The translations under genes and the position numbers were made by a program. From Thalia democratica (taxonomy: Eukaryota): a stretch of 64,000 nt of DNA. Of this stretch, positions 51,440-64,000 are shown in pieces. The stretch spans positions 41,726,001 to 41,790,000 of the forward strand of contig OZ241826.1 in NCBI GenBank assembly GCA_965202585.1. Direction: 5' to 3'. Position 1 is the stretch's first letter. Each line of letters starts with the position of its first letter. The notes below the pieces were generated by a model. The model was not told where the DNA came from, did no database searches, and saw only the letters and a list, made by a program, of their open reading frames with translations.

Positions 51440-52828
51440 ACTATTTAGTTTCAATTTAATTTGTCGAGCACTATCGACCAATACTTTTTATAAAATATAT
51501 AATATATACCTTTATATAAATATATGTTTAAGAGTATTATAAGTAAAACAATATACTAATAGGATCAAAAAAATAATATTTAGCTAGCTAAAGTCGTCAA
51601 TCGATTGGAATTTTTATATCGCACTCCAAAAGAAGGCAAAAGTTTAATAACTGACATTAAAAAATAAGAATACACTAAAAACTAATTGTCTTGTTTATTT
51701 TCCAGTTAATAAAATTTGAAAAAACTTGATAAATTACAACATTTACAAAATTTATCTTGAGACATAAAAGAACGTTTTTAAGCTATAAATTTGTTAGGAA
51801 TTTGATTATTTAAATTACTACTATATAGCAAATAAACTTTCCAATGTAATGGAATATTTTTTCGTATACTGTTTTGATAAAATATAACCACGGTAATACT
51901 TACCACGGTATTAAAACTATAAAATATTTATATATTCTTTAAAAATACTTATATATTAAAAAAAAAAAAATATTTCTAAAGTAAGCTGTAATCAAATGAA
52001 ATTTTTTGTATAATAATTTAGAACATAAAATGTTAATTACCGTTGTTATACTGCTTATAAGATTAGTTGAAAAACGAAACTCAAATTCAAAATAAATCTT
52101 AAATTTAATAATTATTCATATTTATACAAACTTTGAAATGCATATAAAATTGACCATACGACCGAATTCACTTCTTTGTAAATAAGTTTATTTAAGCTTA
52201 CACTTAAATATAATGATTATAAATATTAATAAAAATGAAATTATTTAGCAACAAATAATAAAGAATACCAACACGGTTTGCATGTATTTTAAAATGCTAC
52301 TATTTAACAATCTAAACTTAACCGTTTTTTTCACCAGTTTTATGCATAATTTAAACTTTTCATTTATATAGTAGCTATTGGTTTTTAGTAGAAAATATGT
52401 TCTAATAATGATTTTTATAAATGTGTTAAGTTATTTTTATAATTTGACTTCTGATAAAGATTAAAAACCTAAAATATTTTTACTATAGACATTAACTTGT
52501 TAGGGTTTTTTTTTAATTTTGTGTGTTGTAATAATCTAATGAAGAAAGATTTTTTTTAATTTTTAATACTATTTTTATCATAAACTATACTTTTAATTTA
52601 AAGAAGTACTATAATATAACATGAAAGACTAAATATATTAAGAATTTTACAACTGTTTAACTTAATTACTTAAACAAATTTATTTTATGAAAGATGTGAG
52701 TATTTAAAGTATTTACTTATATTTGAAAAATATGACTCAACTTTACACACATAATTTTGTTAAATTAACTAGTATTTTGTAGCTACTAAAAATATATAAA
52801 TTAATACTGTTTTATCAGACTTCTAAAA

Positions 52829-53017
52829 TGGGAACGGGTCAAAACTGCACGAAGGGACAAAATTGTACGAAGACATTTTTGCACAGATATAAATAAAATT
52901 ATTAAAAAAAAATTAAAAGTGGCTGCGTTAAAAATTGTCTGCTCGTGCAAAATTATCTAAGTGCAATTTGGTCCCGTCGTGCAGTTTCGTCCGCTCGTGC
53001 AAATTTGACACCTGACC
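52829..53017. mobile_element. MITE with GCACGA/TCGTGC repeats
   Basis: gggtcaaaactgcacga ... tcgtgcaaatttgacacc; same family as 3191-3840. Confidence 0.7.
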
Positions 53018-56000
53018 CTCTAAAACACACTCATTATTTTGAGAACCATAACAAAAATATTTTAAACAAAACACAAGCAACCGTATAATGTTTTAAAGGT
53101 GAGATTCTTTATCAAAAAAGATAAAACGCAAATACAAATTGAGATTCGGCACAAAAACACGATACAGTAAACAGTTCACATGTACAGTGACGTCATAATA
53201 AAACCGTGCAGTCAGATGACACGAATCGATCTGTTTACTACAAAAAGCAAGCAGAATTTTGATTCGCTATGAAATTGAAGAATATATTGCATTTATAGTT
53301 ATATATTTTGGTACTTTTTTGTTTGTATATATGAATTTTTAAAAATATTTAACTTTTTATAATATAAAAGAAATTCAATGTTCATGCTTTTATTATACAG
53401 CATAAATTATTTAACACTTTCATTATTTTTTTTGGCTTTTTCATCTAAGTACGCATTTTAGAATATTTTATTTCACTTTAAAAAATGTATGTTTATGTAT
53501 ATGTTAAAAACAGTTAAAATTTTTTTTTTAATCTTTATTGTCTTTGCATATTTGAAATGATATTAATTTTTGTCTTTTTAAAGTGTTAAGTATTTTTCAT
53601 TTTTGTAAATATTGTAGCATAAAAATTTTGTTAAACAAAAAACAATTAAAAGCTTTTTTTTTACCTAAAAGTTAGTCAATGTATAGTGATTATTTTATAA
53701 AAAAGGAGAACTGTTTCTAAAGTTTAAAAGTGTTTTCCTTGTCAAACAAACAAAAAGTATTATATTTGAGTCTAGCGTTTGTGTTCAGAAATGTCATGAA
53801 ATGTACATTACACTTTTAAATATAAAATACTTAATGATAAAATCACTTCTATTTATACATAGTTATTTGAGTACTTTGAATCCTTATTACTTAACTTGGA
53901 CTTTTATATTTCTATAGTTTAGACACATTTTTAATAAAATTTTCAATTTTTAATTACAAAAAATTAGTCAAGCTTTTGGTTTTTTAATAAAAAAAAACAA
54001 TTTCAAAAGTATGATAAAACCGTTTAAGAAATTTTGTCGTTTTTGAATTCAAACGTTTACTTACTTGCTACGTAAAAAGAATTTATTTGCAAAATTTACT
54101 ATAACAAAACATATTTTTTTTAGTATTTGTTTATATAGAAAACTGTAAACAAAGCAATCTCTACATTATATTATAGTTTGCAATGACTCTTAACTCTAAT
54201 GGTTTAGGTAAGTTCCTTCTAGATTTCTTTTTACTTATACCTATTCTCTAACTTTGTTACGAAAATCATAATACAAAAGATCTAATGTAGAATTAAAAGA
54301 TTCTCCATGATTAAAAAAAAACTTCAATTAAAAAACGTAATAACTAATCTTTAAAAAAACTATTAATACTCAAATGTTCATTAACTATAAGTTGTTTATC
54401 AAAACTTAACGTTAAAAATATACATTTTTTTATCACTTTTACTAAAAAAGTTATACAATACTTTAAAACATAAACTATTTGTGTTATCATTTTATTTATA
54501 TGCTTAATGTGAAACACTATTATCATTTATTGCAAGTTAACACAACTAGTTCTAAAAAAAGTATTTTCAATAAATATTTTTTGAAAAATTGATCGATTAA
54601 TAATAAATTTTGGAAAAATAATTTATAAGGTTGATTACTTTACAAATGATTGTTTATGATAAAACTTAAGAGAAAAAATTTATAAAAACTATGTCGAACT
54701 TAGTTAATTTTTATTTGAAATTTTACAGACTCTAGTATACGCAAGTTTAGTAAAAAAATGTTTGTTTGTTATACCAACTTCATACATAATATCACAAAAT
54801 ATATCTTCAGTTTGAAATTATATTTTAAAATCTAAACTGTGGTAGTACAGTACAGTATTAAATTTTCATACTAAACTTTATAATTACGTTTAATAAACAA
54901 CGATTTTTAAGTTTGCAAATTTAAGCTGTGCATAAAAACTACCCCTGTAAACTTAAACTTTATTTGTATACAAAAGACTTGTTAATTTTCATCATTGTAT
55001 TTAAACCACAATTTCAAATGTAATGTTTCTTTCTTAACTAATTTTTTTATCAAATTGGTGTTTATCGGTTTTTTATCGACCACAATCTTTCGAAGCGGGA
55101 AAAATCATTAGCTGTTAAATAAATAATTGGTTTAACTGAACTATTAGAGATAAAATATTTGTTTAGATTTTATACTAAAACTTATTGTGGATTTAAAAAA
55201 AAAATACTTAATTTTTAAGGATTTTTATCAAGACTTGTTTGCTTTTAAAGTTTTAGTACAAACTGTGCTTGTTCTAAACTTAGTTTGTTTTTGTTGTATT
55301 TTTACATTTATTTATTTAGTTACATATTTTGTTTGGTACATAGCATTTGAAAAACTATTTTAACCAAATCAAATAGACATAAAGTATCAGATACTGATGT
55401 TTTTTTACTACATGTTTACATCAACGTTTTAAAGTTGATAAGTTAAGCAATTTTTGTGTATTTTTTCATAGGAAAACTGAAACAAATCAAAACTACTTTT
55501 AATCAATAAATTTCAAACAAACTAAAACGTATAAAAAAAGATTAGGTAAAACTTCACACAGCGTGTCAAAACTCCGCTTTTACTTTTAAAAAATGTAAAG
55601 AAGCATGCAAAAGGATTAAGTAGTTTATGATTTTTGAATTTTTAAAAAAGCTTTCTGTTATTTTCTGTAGCTTCCGCTTACCTTGTATGCGTCTCATTAA
55701 TAAGCAACTGTCGCTTTTAAAACAAGAGCAACACAAAAAATTTAAAGCAGGTAAAAAAAACAGGAAAAAGCAGGAAAACAGGAAAAAAAAAGTTTTAGAA
55801 GGAACTTCCTATACGCAGTGCATAAATACTTATGAATTAAAAAACACACTTTCACAGTGATTAGGTCGAGTTAGAGCTAATGTTCTATCAACAAGCGATT
55901 TTAGCGAGTAATTACCGCTTTAATTAGACGTCAACAAAGCTTTTAAGTCGTTGCTAGGTGATAAATCAGCTTAAACTTTTGCAGCCAGCATGACTCATTT

Positions 56001-57785
56001 CCCCTTTTAAATACATTTTCTCAATGATAAACTTGAATGCAAAAAATGCATTCTATCTCTTAACTTTAAATCACAGGTTATAAACTCAATAAGGTTACTG
56101 TAAGTTTAAAACCAAAATAAGGTTAATATAGAGTTCGATTTTTTTTACACTGTTATAGAGCGCATAAACTCTTTATAAAAGTTATGATTTATTTAAATAC
56201 GTGGTTAAAGATGTTTTTGACTAATCATAAATACCTTTTTTTTAAGGCTCTCACATAAGGTCGAAACTTATTTTTTATTCACAACAAAAATACTAACCTT
56301 TTAAAAAACAAATCTACTTATTTCTTTTTTGAAATAGATAAAAAGTTTATTTAGACGGGGTTAATCTCAACAAAATAAAAAGTTTTGTCTCTTAAAAGTC
56401 ATATTTTTGACGGAAATTTTCTGTATAGATGGTACTACATTAATTATAATTTATCAACGTCTTATCTGTTACTGTCTGGCCTTATTAGATATGAAAAATA
56501 AGCTTTTGTACATGTTTTTTTGAAAAGTATTATAGTGTATACAGTTTAGTCAAAGCATATTAGAACAATTTTGCTAACAGAATAATTTAAAGGTAGTATC
56601 CTTAAACCAATTTATAATGAAACGTTTTATTAGAGCAATAAATTAGTGATTTCTTTTGTTTAGTTTAGAACAAAACTAGTTTACTTTTACAAATGGCACT
56701 TAAATAATTATATTTAAACTAAAATCATGTAAAGTGTTGGTTTTATCAGGAGTACAACAAGTTTTTGTTGTTTTTAAAATAATAATTGGATCATCTCAAA
56801 TAGAAAATTATTACTAAACATGTAATGAATGGATATATTTCGTAACTTAATTTCGTTCAACGTTAAAAGAGAAATTATCTGTAGTCATAATAAAACTTAT
56901 GATAAATATGTAGAAACTCTAAAATAAAAAAGAGATATCTAAACATAAAAGAAAATTAATATGAGCTAAATGATTTTATATACGAAGTCAAAAAATGTTT
57001 TCGGTAATTACTTTAAACTTAAAGTGTTATTTAAAAGTATATACACATTACACAATATTTGAACAGCATCTTATATTATAAAATATATCTCACTAACATG
57101 AAGTAACAAAAGTTGCAAACACTTACTATCCTTCTAGGGTAGTTATACATGGACTTAAATACCTAATAACTTAAAAGGCATTTAAAGAACTTCAAAACTG
57201 AACAAAGGGACATTTTACTAAAAAAAGTCAATTTAATAAGTTTAAACAAGAAGCATGGGATCTTAGTTTTATATATTTGTTAGAATTAACTATAATTATT
57301 TTAACTTGAATCCTAGTTATTAATTATTACAGTAATCAGGTTAGGTGACATTTTCCCCGTCCCGATAAATTATAATATTTTCTTCTATATTTAGTTTTTG
57401 GTTGAAAAATTAAAAACAAAGTGTTTTTTTTAGCTTTTAATTTTCCCGAGTTAATATTTTCTGAGAAGTTTTCAATCTATTATTTAATGCTACTCTTCTT
57501 TATGTAAGGTTTTTATTTAGATGAGTGTTTCAGTATTTAAAGATGTATGATTATTTCAATCATTTCAATTAGTTTTTTAAGAATAAAAAAAAATAATTAC
57601 AAAAGTTCAAACTATCTTTTCTGTCTATTGCTAGGTTTCAGTAAAAATAAAACAATTCCGATCTTGTAAAATATCAATAAGATTTAGTAATGTTTTTAGG
57701 AATAAAACAGTTTAAAAAAATTCGGGTTTAAGGTTTACATAACAACTAAACTTTAAGTTAAGTCTATGCCTTTCTCTATCACTAT

Positions 57786-58100
57786 AAGGGGTCTGAAAAC
57801 TGCGGCACGCAAGTATAATGGTGTACTTTTAAGCTGAAAACATGCTCTTTAAAAACAATAAGAAAGTTTTTGTAGTAATAGTTTACAGTTAAGCTCTTGA
57901 TTAAACAATCAGTAGTTCTCAGTGCTTAAATATTGCGTACTTTTAAAAATATGTAGTTCAAAATAGTATTTTACTTAGTAATTTTTTGAAATATTTTATA
58001 TAACTACTGCCAAATGAAGAATTTTTTAATAAAGTGCGTCACGCGACCAAATACTTTTAGAAAAATTGGTCCGCGACTCATACAAGGCTGCCAACCCCTA
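57786..58100. mobile_element. Degenerate hAT-like MITE
   Basis: aggggtctgaaaactgcggcacgc ... ggtccgcgactc...ggctgccaacccct resembles Charlie-type ends. Confidence 0.4.
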
Positions 58101-58899
58101 GTCTGATAAGTTAGTGGCAAAGCAGCTTAACAGTCATGGTTTTCAAACAAACATTTTTTCATTAAGTATTTTATACTTAAACTAAATATATATTACTGAG
58201 TTATAAAAATGAAAAGTTTGTAAAAAACTATCAGTAAAAGGTAAAGTGCTTGCATGAAAATTTTAAAGAAAAAATTCTTAGTTTTAAAATTAAATATGCT
58301 ACCTTTTTAATATTAGTTCCTTTTCCCAATACATGAACAAAACTAAACTCAAACGTTATCATTATTTTTCTTATCTACTGTTTTACACTTTATGATTTTT
58401 GAAGAAATATGGTAGAAAAGTATTTAAGTGATTTTTTTTGTTATATTAAGTACAAAACAAAGAGACTAATTTATAAACTTTAAAACAGAAAATTAACCTT
58501 TTTAAACGCTCTTTTAAAAGAAAATAAAATTTAGTTGTTAGTTTAATATAACTAAATACCGTAATTTTCTTAATATACAAACACTCTCACTCTTTACTTA
58601 CTATTTCTTTACTCTTAATGATTAATTTTGCAATAACAGTTTGTATTTACACTTTAAAAACTATTTTCATAGTGGAAAATAATTTTGTATCAATATAAAG
58701 CTTAGTTTTACAGTTCTTGAAAATTCCTAAAAATAACTGTATTGAGTAAAACAAGTCTACGTAAAACCTTTATAGGTGTTTTTTATCAATTTTAAGTTAC
58801 AACAAGACATTATATCAACTATATCTTAAAGAAACATTAAAAAACTACATTTCATTAAAGCAGAAAAATATTGAATCATAAAGCTACTTAAAATATTCA

Positions 58900-61800
58900 G
58901 AATGGCAGGTTAGCGAACAAAAAAAGAGAGAAAATAACTTAATTACAAAAAGAGGCTACATTTTCCGGCTTGCTTAATTTTGCATTGATTATTTTTTTAA
59001 ATACAAATAAAATTATTTATTATAAAAGTTGTAAAAAAATATATATTGTATTTCTTTTTAATTTTTAACTTTATTTATTAACTATATAGATTAATTTCTA
59101 AGTACTACCGTGTTAAAAAAATTATAACATATGATACAAACATAAAACATTTATCGAGTATTAATTAGTAAAAACCATTGTAATAATTTTATTTGTATAC
59201 AGATCAGTTTTTTTGAGAAATAAGTTCTTCAAAAAGAATTTTTAATTACTAATTTTTATCTAAGTTTAACAGAGTTTACTTTTTTAGCATGTATTCAAAA
59301 AGCACGCTTTAATAAACATTATTTAAAAATAATACATTTAAATTTAAACTGCGTTGTAAATCATATGTTGTTTTTTCAATTTCCGTCACCAAAAGTAATT
59401 TTAATCAATAATGTCAAGGAAGTAAAAAAGTTGCTTGAAGACTTAATTTGAGTTTGCATGTATATAAGGTTCTTGTTTATTATACTAAACACCTTTCAAT
59501 ATATTTATTATAGCCATATTAATTTCAATAGAAAATACCTTAATAATACAAACACTTTTATTAATTGATACTTTAAACTGGTTTTCGGATAAAGTTTAAC
59601 TAAAGTTTAACATGAAAGTTTTGTATCAGACTTATTTTAAACAAAATACTGCAACAAATTACGAAAAAATTTGACTTTTATTATTAATAACCTTCGACAA
59701 GTTCGTGGTCCTTTCAAAACATAGTTTTTTAACTTTAATTGACCCGAAAATTTTCTTTCAACTAGCTGTACAATATATTTTGAATTTATATTATTTTTTT
59801 TTTATAAAAATGATTGCTGTCTTACATAAAAAAATGTAGTTGTTTTACCAACAATAAATAAATTTGTAACATTTCTATGCTTAATAGTTTATTTAGTTTA
59901 TAAAGTCGAAAACAAATTAATTTTTACGAATACAATATCCTTAGAATTTTCAAACAAAAAAATTGTCAGGTTGATGCTTAATAGTTATTACAAGTTACTA
60001 TTTAAATATAAAAAACGAACTAGATATTTAAGTGCAAACATTTTTTTATTGATTTAATTGCTTTAATCGATTTACATCTTTTGGAAAATCGAAGAGTTAC
60101 GTAAATACTTCGATTCAGCGTTTATTTTTAGAACTGCAATGCCAAGCCTCGCTCCTTTGTGTTTTATAAACAAATATCAACAAATTTTGTAAAGTTAAAA
60201 TTGTCTTAATCAAATCCTTGACACTTATTAAAACAGGATACTTAGACCGGGCAAATTTAGTGACAATGTATATCGATATATGTTAAAGAGTATTATGTAG
60301 AAAACAAAATACCAGTAATATTATATAATTTAATATTTAGCTAGCTATAGTCCTGAATCGATTGTAACTTTTATACAGTGCTCCTATAGAAGGCGAAATA
60401 AACTTATTGAATCAAGTTTAAATAACTAAATTTGCATGCTTTCGAGTGCGGGTTTATATTAAACTTTTTCAACTCTGAATCAAAGCGTTAGGCTCAAACT
60501 GATTAACCTTTTGAAAAAGGGAAGCATTTGTTAGATTAGATTAGCTTTTTTGCTAAGATGTTCAGAATGCTTCCATTTGAACCTTAGTTCTTTATTACAC
60601 TGTTTTTAAATTTAAAAAAATTAACGTATTTTTGTTCAGAAGCCAATGTTTGGATTTTTTCAAGTTTAAAAAGTAGTTTTCTCAAGCTAATATATTTGAA
60701 TTTTCAAACTAGTACAGACAAGTGTAATTTATTATTTACGGAAAAACGTTAGTTTTGATTGGAATAGACACGGATATTTTATAAACTAGTTGGTAAAGTT
60801 TGTTTTTTTTTATAAGCGTAGAGGTCAAATTAAGGTAGCAACTAATTTGAAAATCTATAGACAGAACTCTAAATAAAGTCAAAATTTTAAATTTAATTGA
60901 TGTATAAGTTATTAAGAACATACTAATATATATTGCTATCTTACGATTTGGATTAGAACATTACTATTATGCTAAAAACTAATACATAAAATCTAGTAGT
61001 ATTTTGAATCCAGAATACGAAATGCAATCATAACCATAAAAACTGTATCTATTTTTATGACTTTATTTTTATTTTACTTAAATCAACAACAATAAAGTTA
61101 ACATTCAGTTTTTAAATGAAGAAACTCACAATCAACTATTATTTTTTTCATGAAGTTCAAAATACAAATATACAAAACTAACTTTGACCATTAAAATCGC
61201 ACTTTTTTGTTTAAGATTCTTGTAAATACCTTTTTACCGTTTATATGAGCAAAACAACATTATTTAAAAAAATATAAAACGCTCTGTTTTTGTTGAGTAG
61301 GCCCACCTCAACCTCCTTTCAAATGTACCACGTGACGTAATTGACAGGGCGAACATGAACTCACTGAAGTCAAGCGAACCGTCACCACTTGAACCGAATG
61401 TTCTACAGTGTTTAAAACAGTTAACAAAACTAAATAAGTTTTTATGATAAAATTCTTTAAAGTTTTTTACAGTGAAATAAGAGTATTCTAATAACCTAAA
61501 AAAGTTGTGTTATATAAAAAAAAATTTCATTAAGTAGAAAACAATTATATAAGGTAAATAGTTGAATAGGGTGATAAATGGAGAATATTTTTAACAAAGC
61601 AAAGCTTAAAGCTTACATTGTATTAGAAACAACTTTTTGTTTGCACAAGTGATGTAAACCGAAAAGTTAGTTTTTTAAGATTTTTATCACTTGAAAGCTA
61701 TTCTTTTATGAAAGCTTGCATGTATCTAAAGTATTTAATTATAATTTTGTAAAATCACTTAAACTCACACAAATAAAAGCTTTGTGAAATTAACTTAGCT

Positions 61801-62900
61801 TTGTAGTTAACAAAATATTATAAAGTGCTAGGCGAATACTTACACAAAATTTTAATTATTCTAACGACCTTCTAAAATAAAGTAATTACTTTAACGATAA
61901 CAAAAACCATTCTAAACAAAACACGAGCAAACGTGTAATGTTTTAAGTTGAGATTGTTTATCAAATAATAAAAACTGTAAACACAAATTGAGATTCGGCA
62001 CAAAATTTAACACAGTAAACAAGTTCACATGTAAAGTGACGTCATAATAAAACCGTGTAGCCAGATGACACGAATCGATTTGTTTACTACAAAAAGCAAG
62101 CAGCTTGATGATTCGCTGTGATATTCACGAACATATAGCATTTATAATTATACTTCTTTAACAATTTCTGATTATATGTTTAGATAAAAATGTTTGCTAA
62201 AATATTTTTCTTTGTAAGCCAAATTTATTTTGCACACTCAATGTAAAGCATAAATTATTCAGCACTTTTTTTTTGGCTTTTAATCAATCAAATATGTTTT
62301 TTAAAATATTTCATTACAATTAAAAGATACACTTAATGTTTGTTTATATATATGTGACAGACCATTAAAAATGTTTATGTACTTTTTGATACATTTTAAA
62401 ATTAGTAATAACATTAATTTTATGCTTTTAAAGTATTAAGTATACTTTACTAAGTTAAATGTTGTATTCTCTTGAACTTATTTATATGAAAAATCATTTA
62501 AAACTTGCGTTTCTTTATACAGTCAAATCCTAAAGTTTATTTTATGTTAAGATAACTTTTTCTAAAGTTTATAAGTATTTTCTTTCTCAAACAACAAAAA
62601 CAGAGAACTAAATTTTGTTTCAGAACTTGTGTCCGAAGATTCGAAAAAAATTACAGGACACTTTTCTATAATAAATACTTAACGCGAAAAGCGTTTCAAG
62701 TACAAATATGTTTTGAGTATTTTGACTCAATAATTCTTAATTTGACTTTTTTCTGTTTCACACAGTTTGCTAAAGAATTTATGCACTTTTAGAGTACAAA
62801 TAAAACAGGCTTTATTTTTTAAATTAAAATAAAACTATCAACTAAAGTTATATATAGTTTTCAATATCAACAAATTTAGCTGTTAACTTATACTTATATA
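58900..62900 (-). repeat. Second inverted duplicate B2 of the NCS locus (CNE2, broken exon 2, part of intron 2)
   Basis: 61920-62700 matches 53080-53850 directly and 33600-34560 inverted; 60340-60600 matches 40400-40640 inverted; 60040-60260 matches 49850-50060 directly. Boundaries approximate. Confidence 0.8.
61183..61402 (-). pseudogene. Disrupted paralogous NCS exon 2
   Basis: 61402-61295 matches 39216-39323 with 3 substitutions (EF2 D to G, N to S). The next 52 nt (EF3 loop) are replaced by 103 nt of AT-rich sequence containing an in-frame TAA. The remnant ATG GTC AAA|gttagt donor is at 61191-61183. Confidence 0.85.
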
Positions 62901-63129
62901 AAACTATTCAATTTTTTGAGCAGAACAGTTAATTTTATTAAAGTAGAACAGTAGCAACTAAAGTTTATATATTTTTGTTTCTTAAAAGCACCATTAAAAC
63001 TTTATTTTCTCGAGTTTCAACAGTAAATAAAACAAGTTTCAGTTTCAAATAAAACTTCTTCTAAAAAGGCGCGACTAAAAAACAACACAATAAAAACTTT
63101 TAATGAACTCAATTTTAAAACAAGGATTT

Positions 63130-63470
63130 ATGTGGGGGCGACTAAATTTAATTTCCTAGATACACCCCTAGATACTGCTAAAAATACATTTAAACCATAC
63201 CAAAAAGAAAACGCTAATTTGATTCATATTAACAATTCGTCGAACCATCCGTCCATTTTCAAAAAGAACCTCCCAAAAATAATCGACAAAAGACTTAACA
63301 GACTATCAAATACTGAAGAAAATTTTTAAAGAATCAATGACCGGATACCACAATGCTCTAACTAACTCCAATTTCAAACACAAACTTAAATACTCAAACT
63401 ACCTAGGTAATCAAAATTAAAAGAAACCAACACTTACAAGAAAAACGATCTACTTCAACCTACCCTACTT
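63130..63470 (+). mobile_element. Penelope-like RT C-terminal fragment
   Basis: NFLDTPLD....FKPYQKENANLIHINNSSNHP...KNLPK.IDKRL..LS..EE.F, then Y.NAL..SNF...LKY...RK.IYFNLP, matching the Penelope RT thumb region. Confidence 0.8.
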
Positions 63471-64000
63471 CAATCTATATCAACCTAAACTATTTATAAA
63501 ACTATTAAACTATTTCTCATTTAATGTTTATCAAACACTTTTATTCAAGATTAAATATAAACAATCTAATAGTTCTTTCAAATTTATTATATAGTTCGAA
63601 CTTCGCTTAACGTATTTTTACAAATAACTTTACCATACAACAAGTACTCGTTTTTTTAAAAGTTAAAAAACACGGTAATAAAGACAAAGTTGTTAAAACA
63701 TGAACTCTGCCGTTTTTAAATATAAACATTTACTACCTACATAAAACAAATTTATCTGCAAAAACTTCTAAAACAAGAGAGCTTTTCTTTCAGTATTTGT
63801 TTATATAAAAAACGTATAGAAAACACAAACTTTGTGAACAAAACAACCTCTACAGATTAGTGTAATTTACAACGACTCTCTTCTTTGATGTGTTTATGAA
63901 AATCCACTTAGACTTAAGTTTGATTTATCTCGTTGTCTCATTGTGTTGGTTTTGTTCAAAGTATTTGAAATCAAAACATCTATAAAGTATTAAGTAGAAT

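Larger units (their letters stand above)
47350..56480 (-). repeat. Inverted segmental duplicate B1 of the NCS locus (upstream region + intron 2; exons 1-2 missing)
   Basis: Collinear inverted matches: 56330-56480 to about 30000-30400; 55620-56060 to 30800-31240; 53080-53280 to 34360-34560; 49850-50060 to 40740-40950; 49490-49560 to 41230-41310. Confidence 0.85.

Noticed and set aside
26541-60921. Remaining short ORFs rich in F/L/I/K/N (e.g. 26541, 30993, 34363, 34478, 35108, 38355, 44387, 44915, 54344, 55627, 60736)
   Set aside because: Composition expected from random AT-rich DNA; no domains, codon bias or splice consistency.
47100-62900. Duplicates as uncollapsed haplotigs
   Set aside because: Inverted orientation, internal exon deletions, copy-specific transposon insertions and a three-copy structure argue for true paralogy; read-depth confirmation is still advisable.

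Overview
Very AT-rich animal (invertebrate) genomic DNA; a tunicate-like origin is only a guess. Three spliced + strand genes can be rebuilt by hand. (1) A clan-2, CYP1-like cytochrome P450 (10676-15413, about 471 aa) with atypical I-helix and PERF motifs and no visible N-terminal membrane anchor. (2) A small SET + post-SET protein (21819-23821, about 288 aa) that lacks the AWS/pre-SET cysteine cluster. (3) A myristoylated neurocalcin/hippocalcin-type neuronal calcium sensor (NCS; 35355-43737, 192 aa). Much of 47-63 kb is two inverted, rearranged copies of the NCS locus. These keep upstream non-coding elements (one is 107 bp identical), an exon 3 that looks coding-constrained and a broken exon 2, but no exon 1. 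The most striking signal is RNA-level. A recent 534-bp insertion (16162-16695, 13-bp TSD, 5' inversion) is a tandem repeat of a 328-nt unit carrying an intact type I hammerhead ribozyme on the minus strand, i.e. a retrozyme-like element predicted to make a circular RNA. Two Penelope-like retroelement insertions with inverted terminal repeats carry four more, degenerate hammerheads. There is also a perfect 149-bp palindrome, plus hAT, MITE and LINE debris. Everything was read by eye; no alignment, folding or database search was run.
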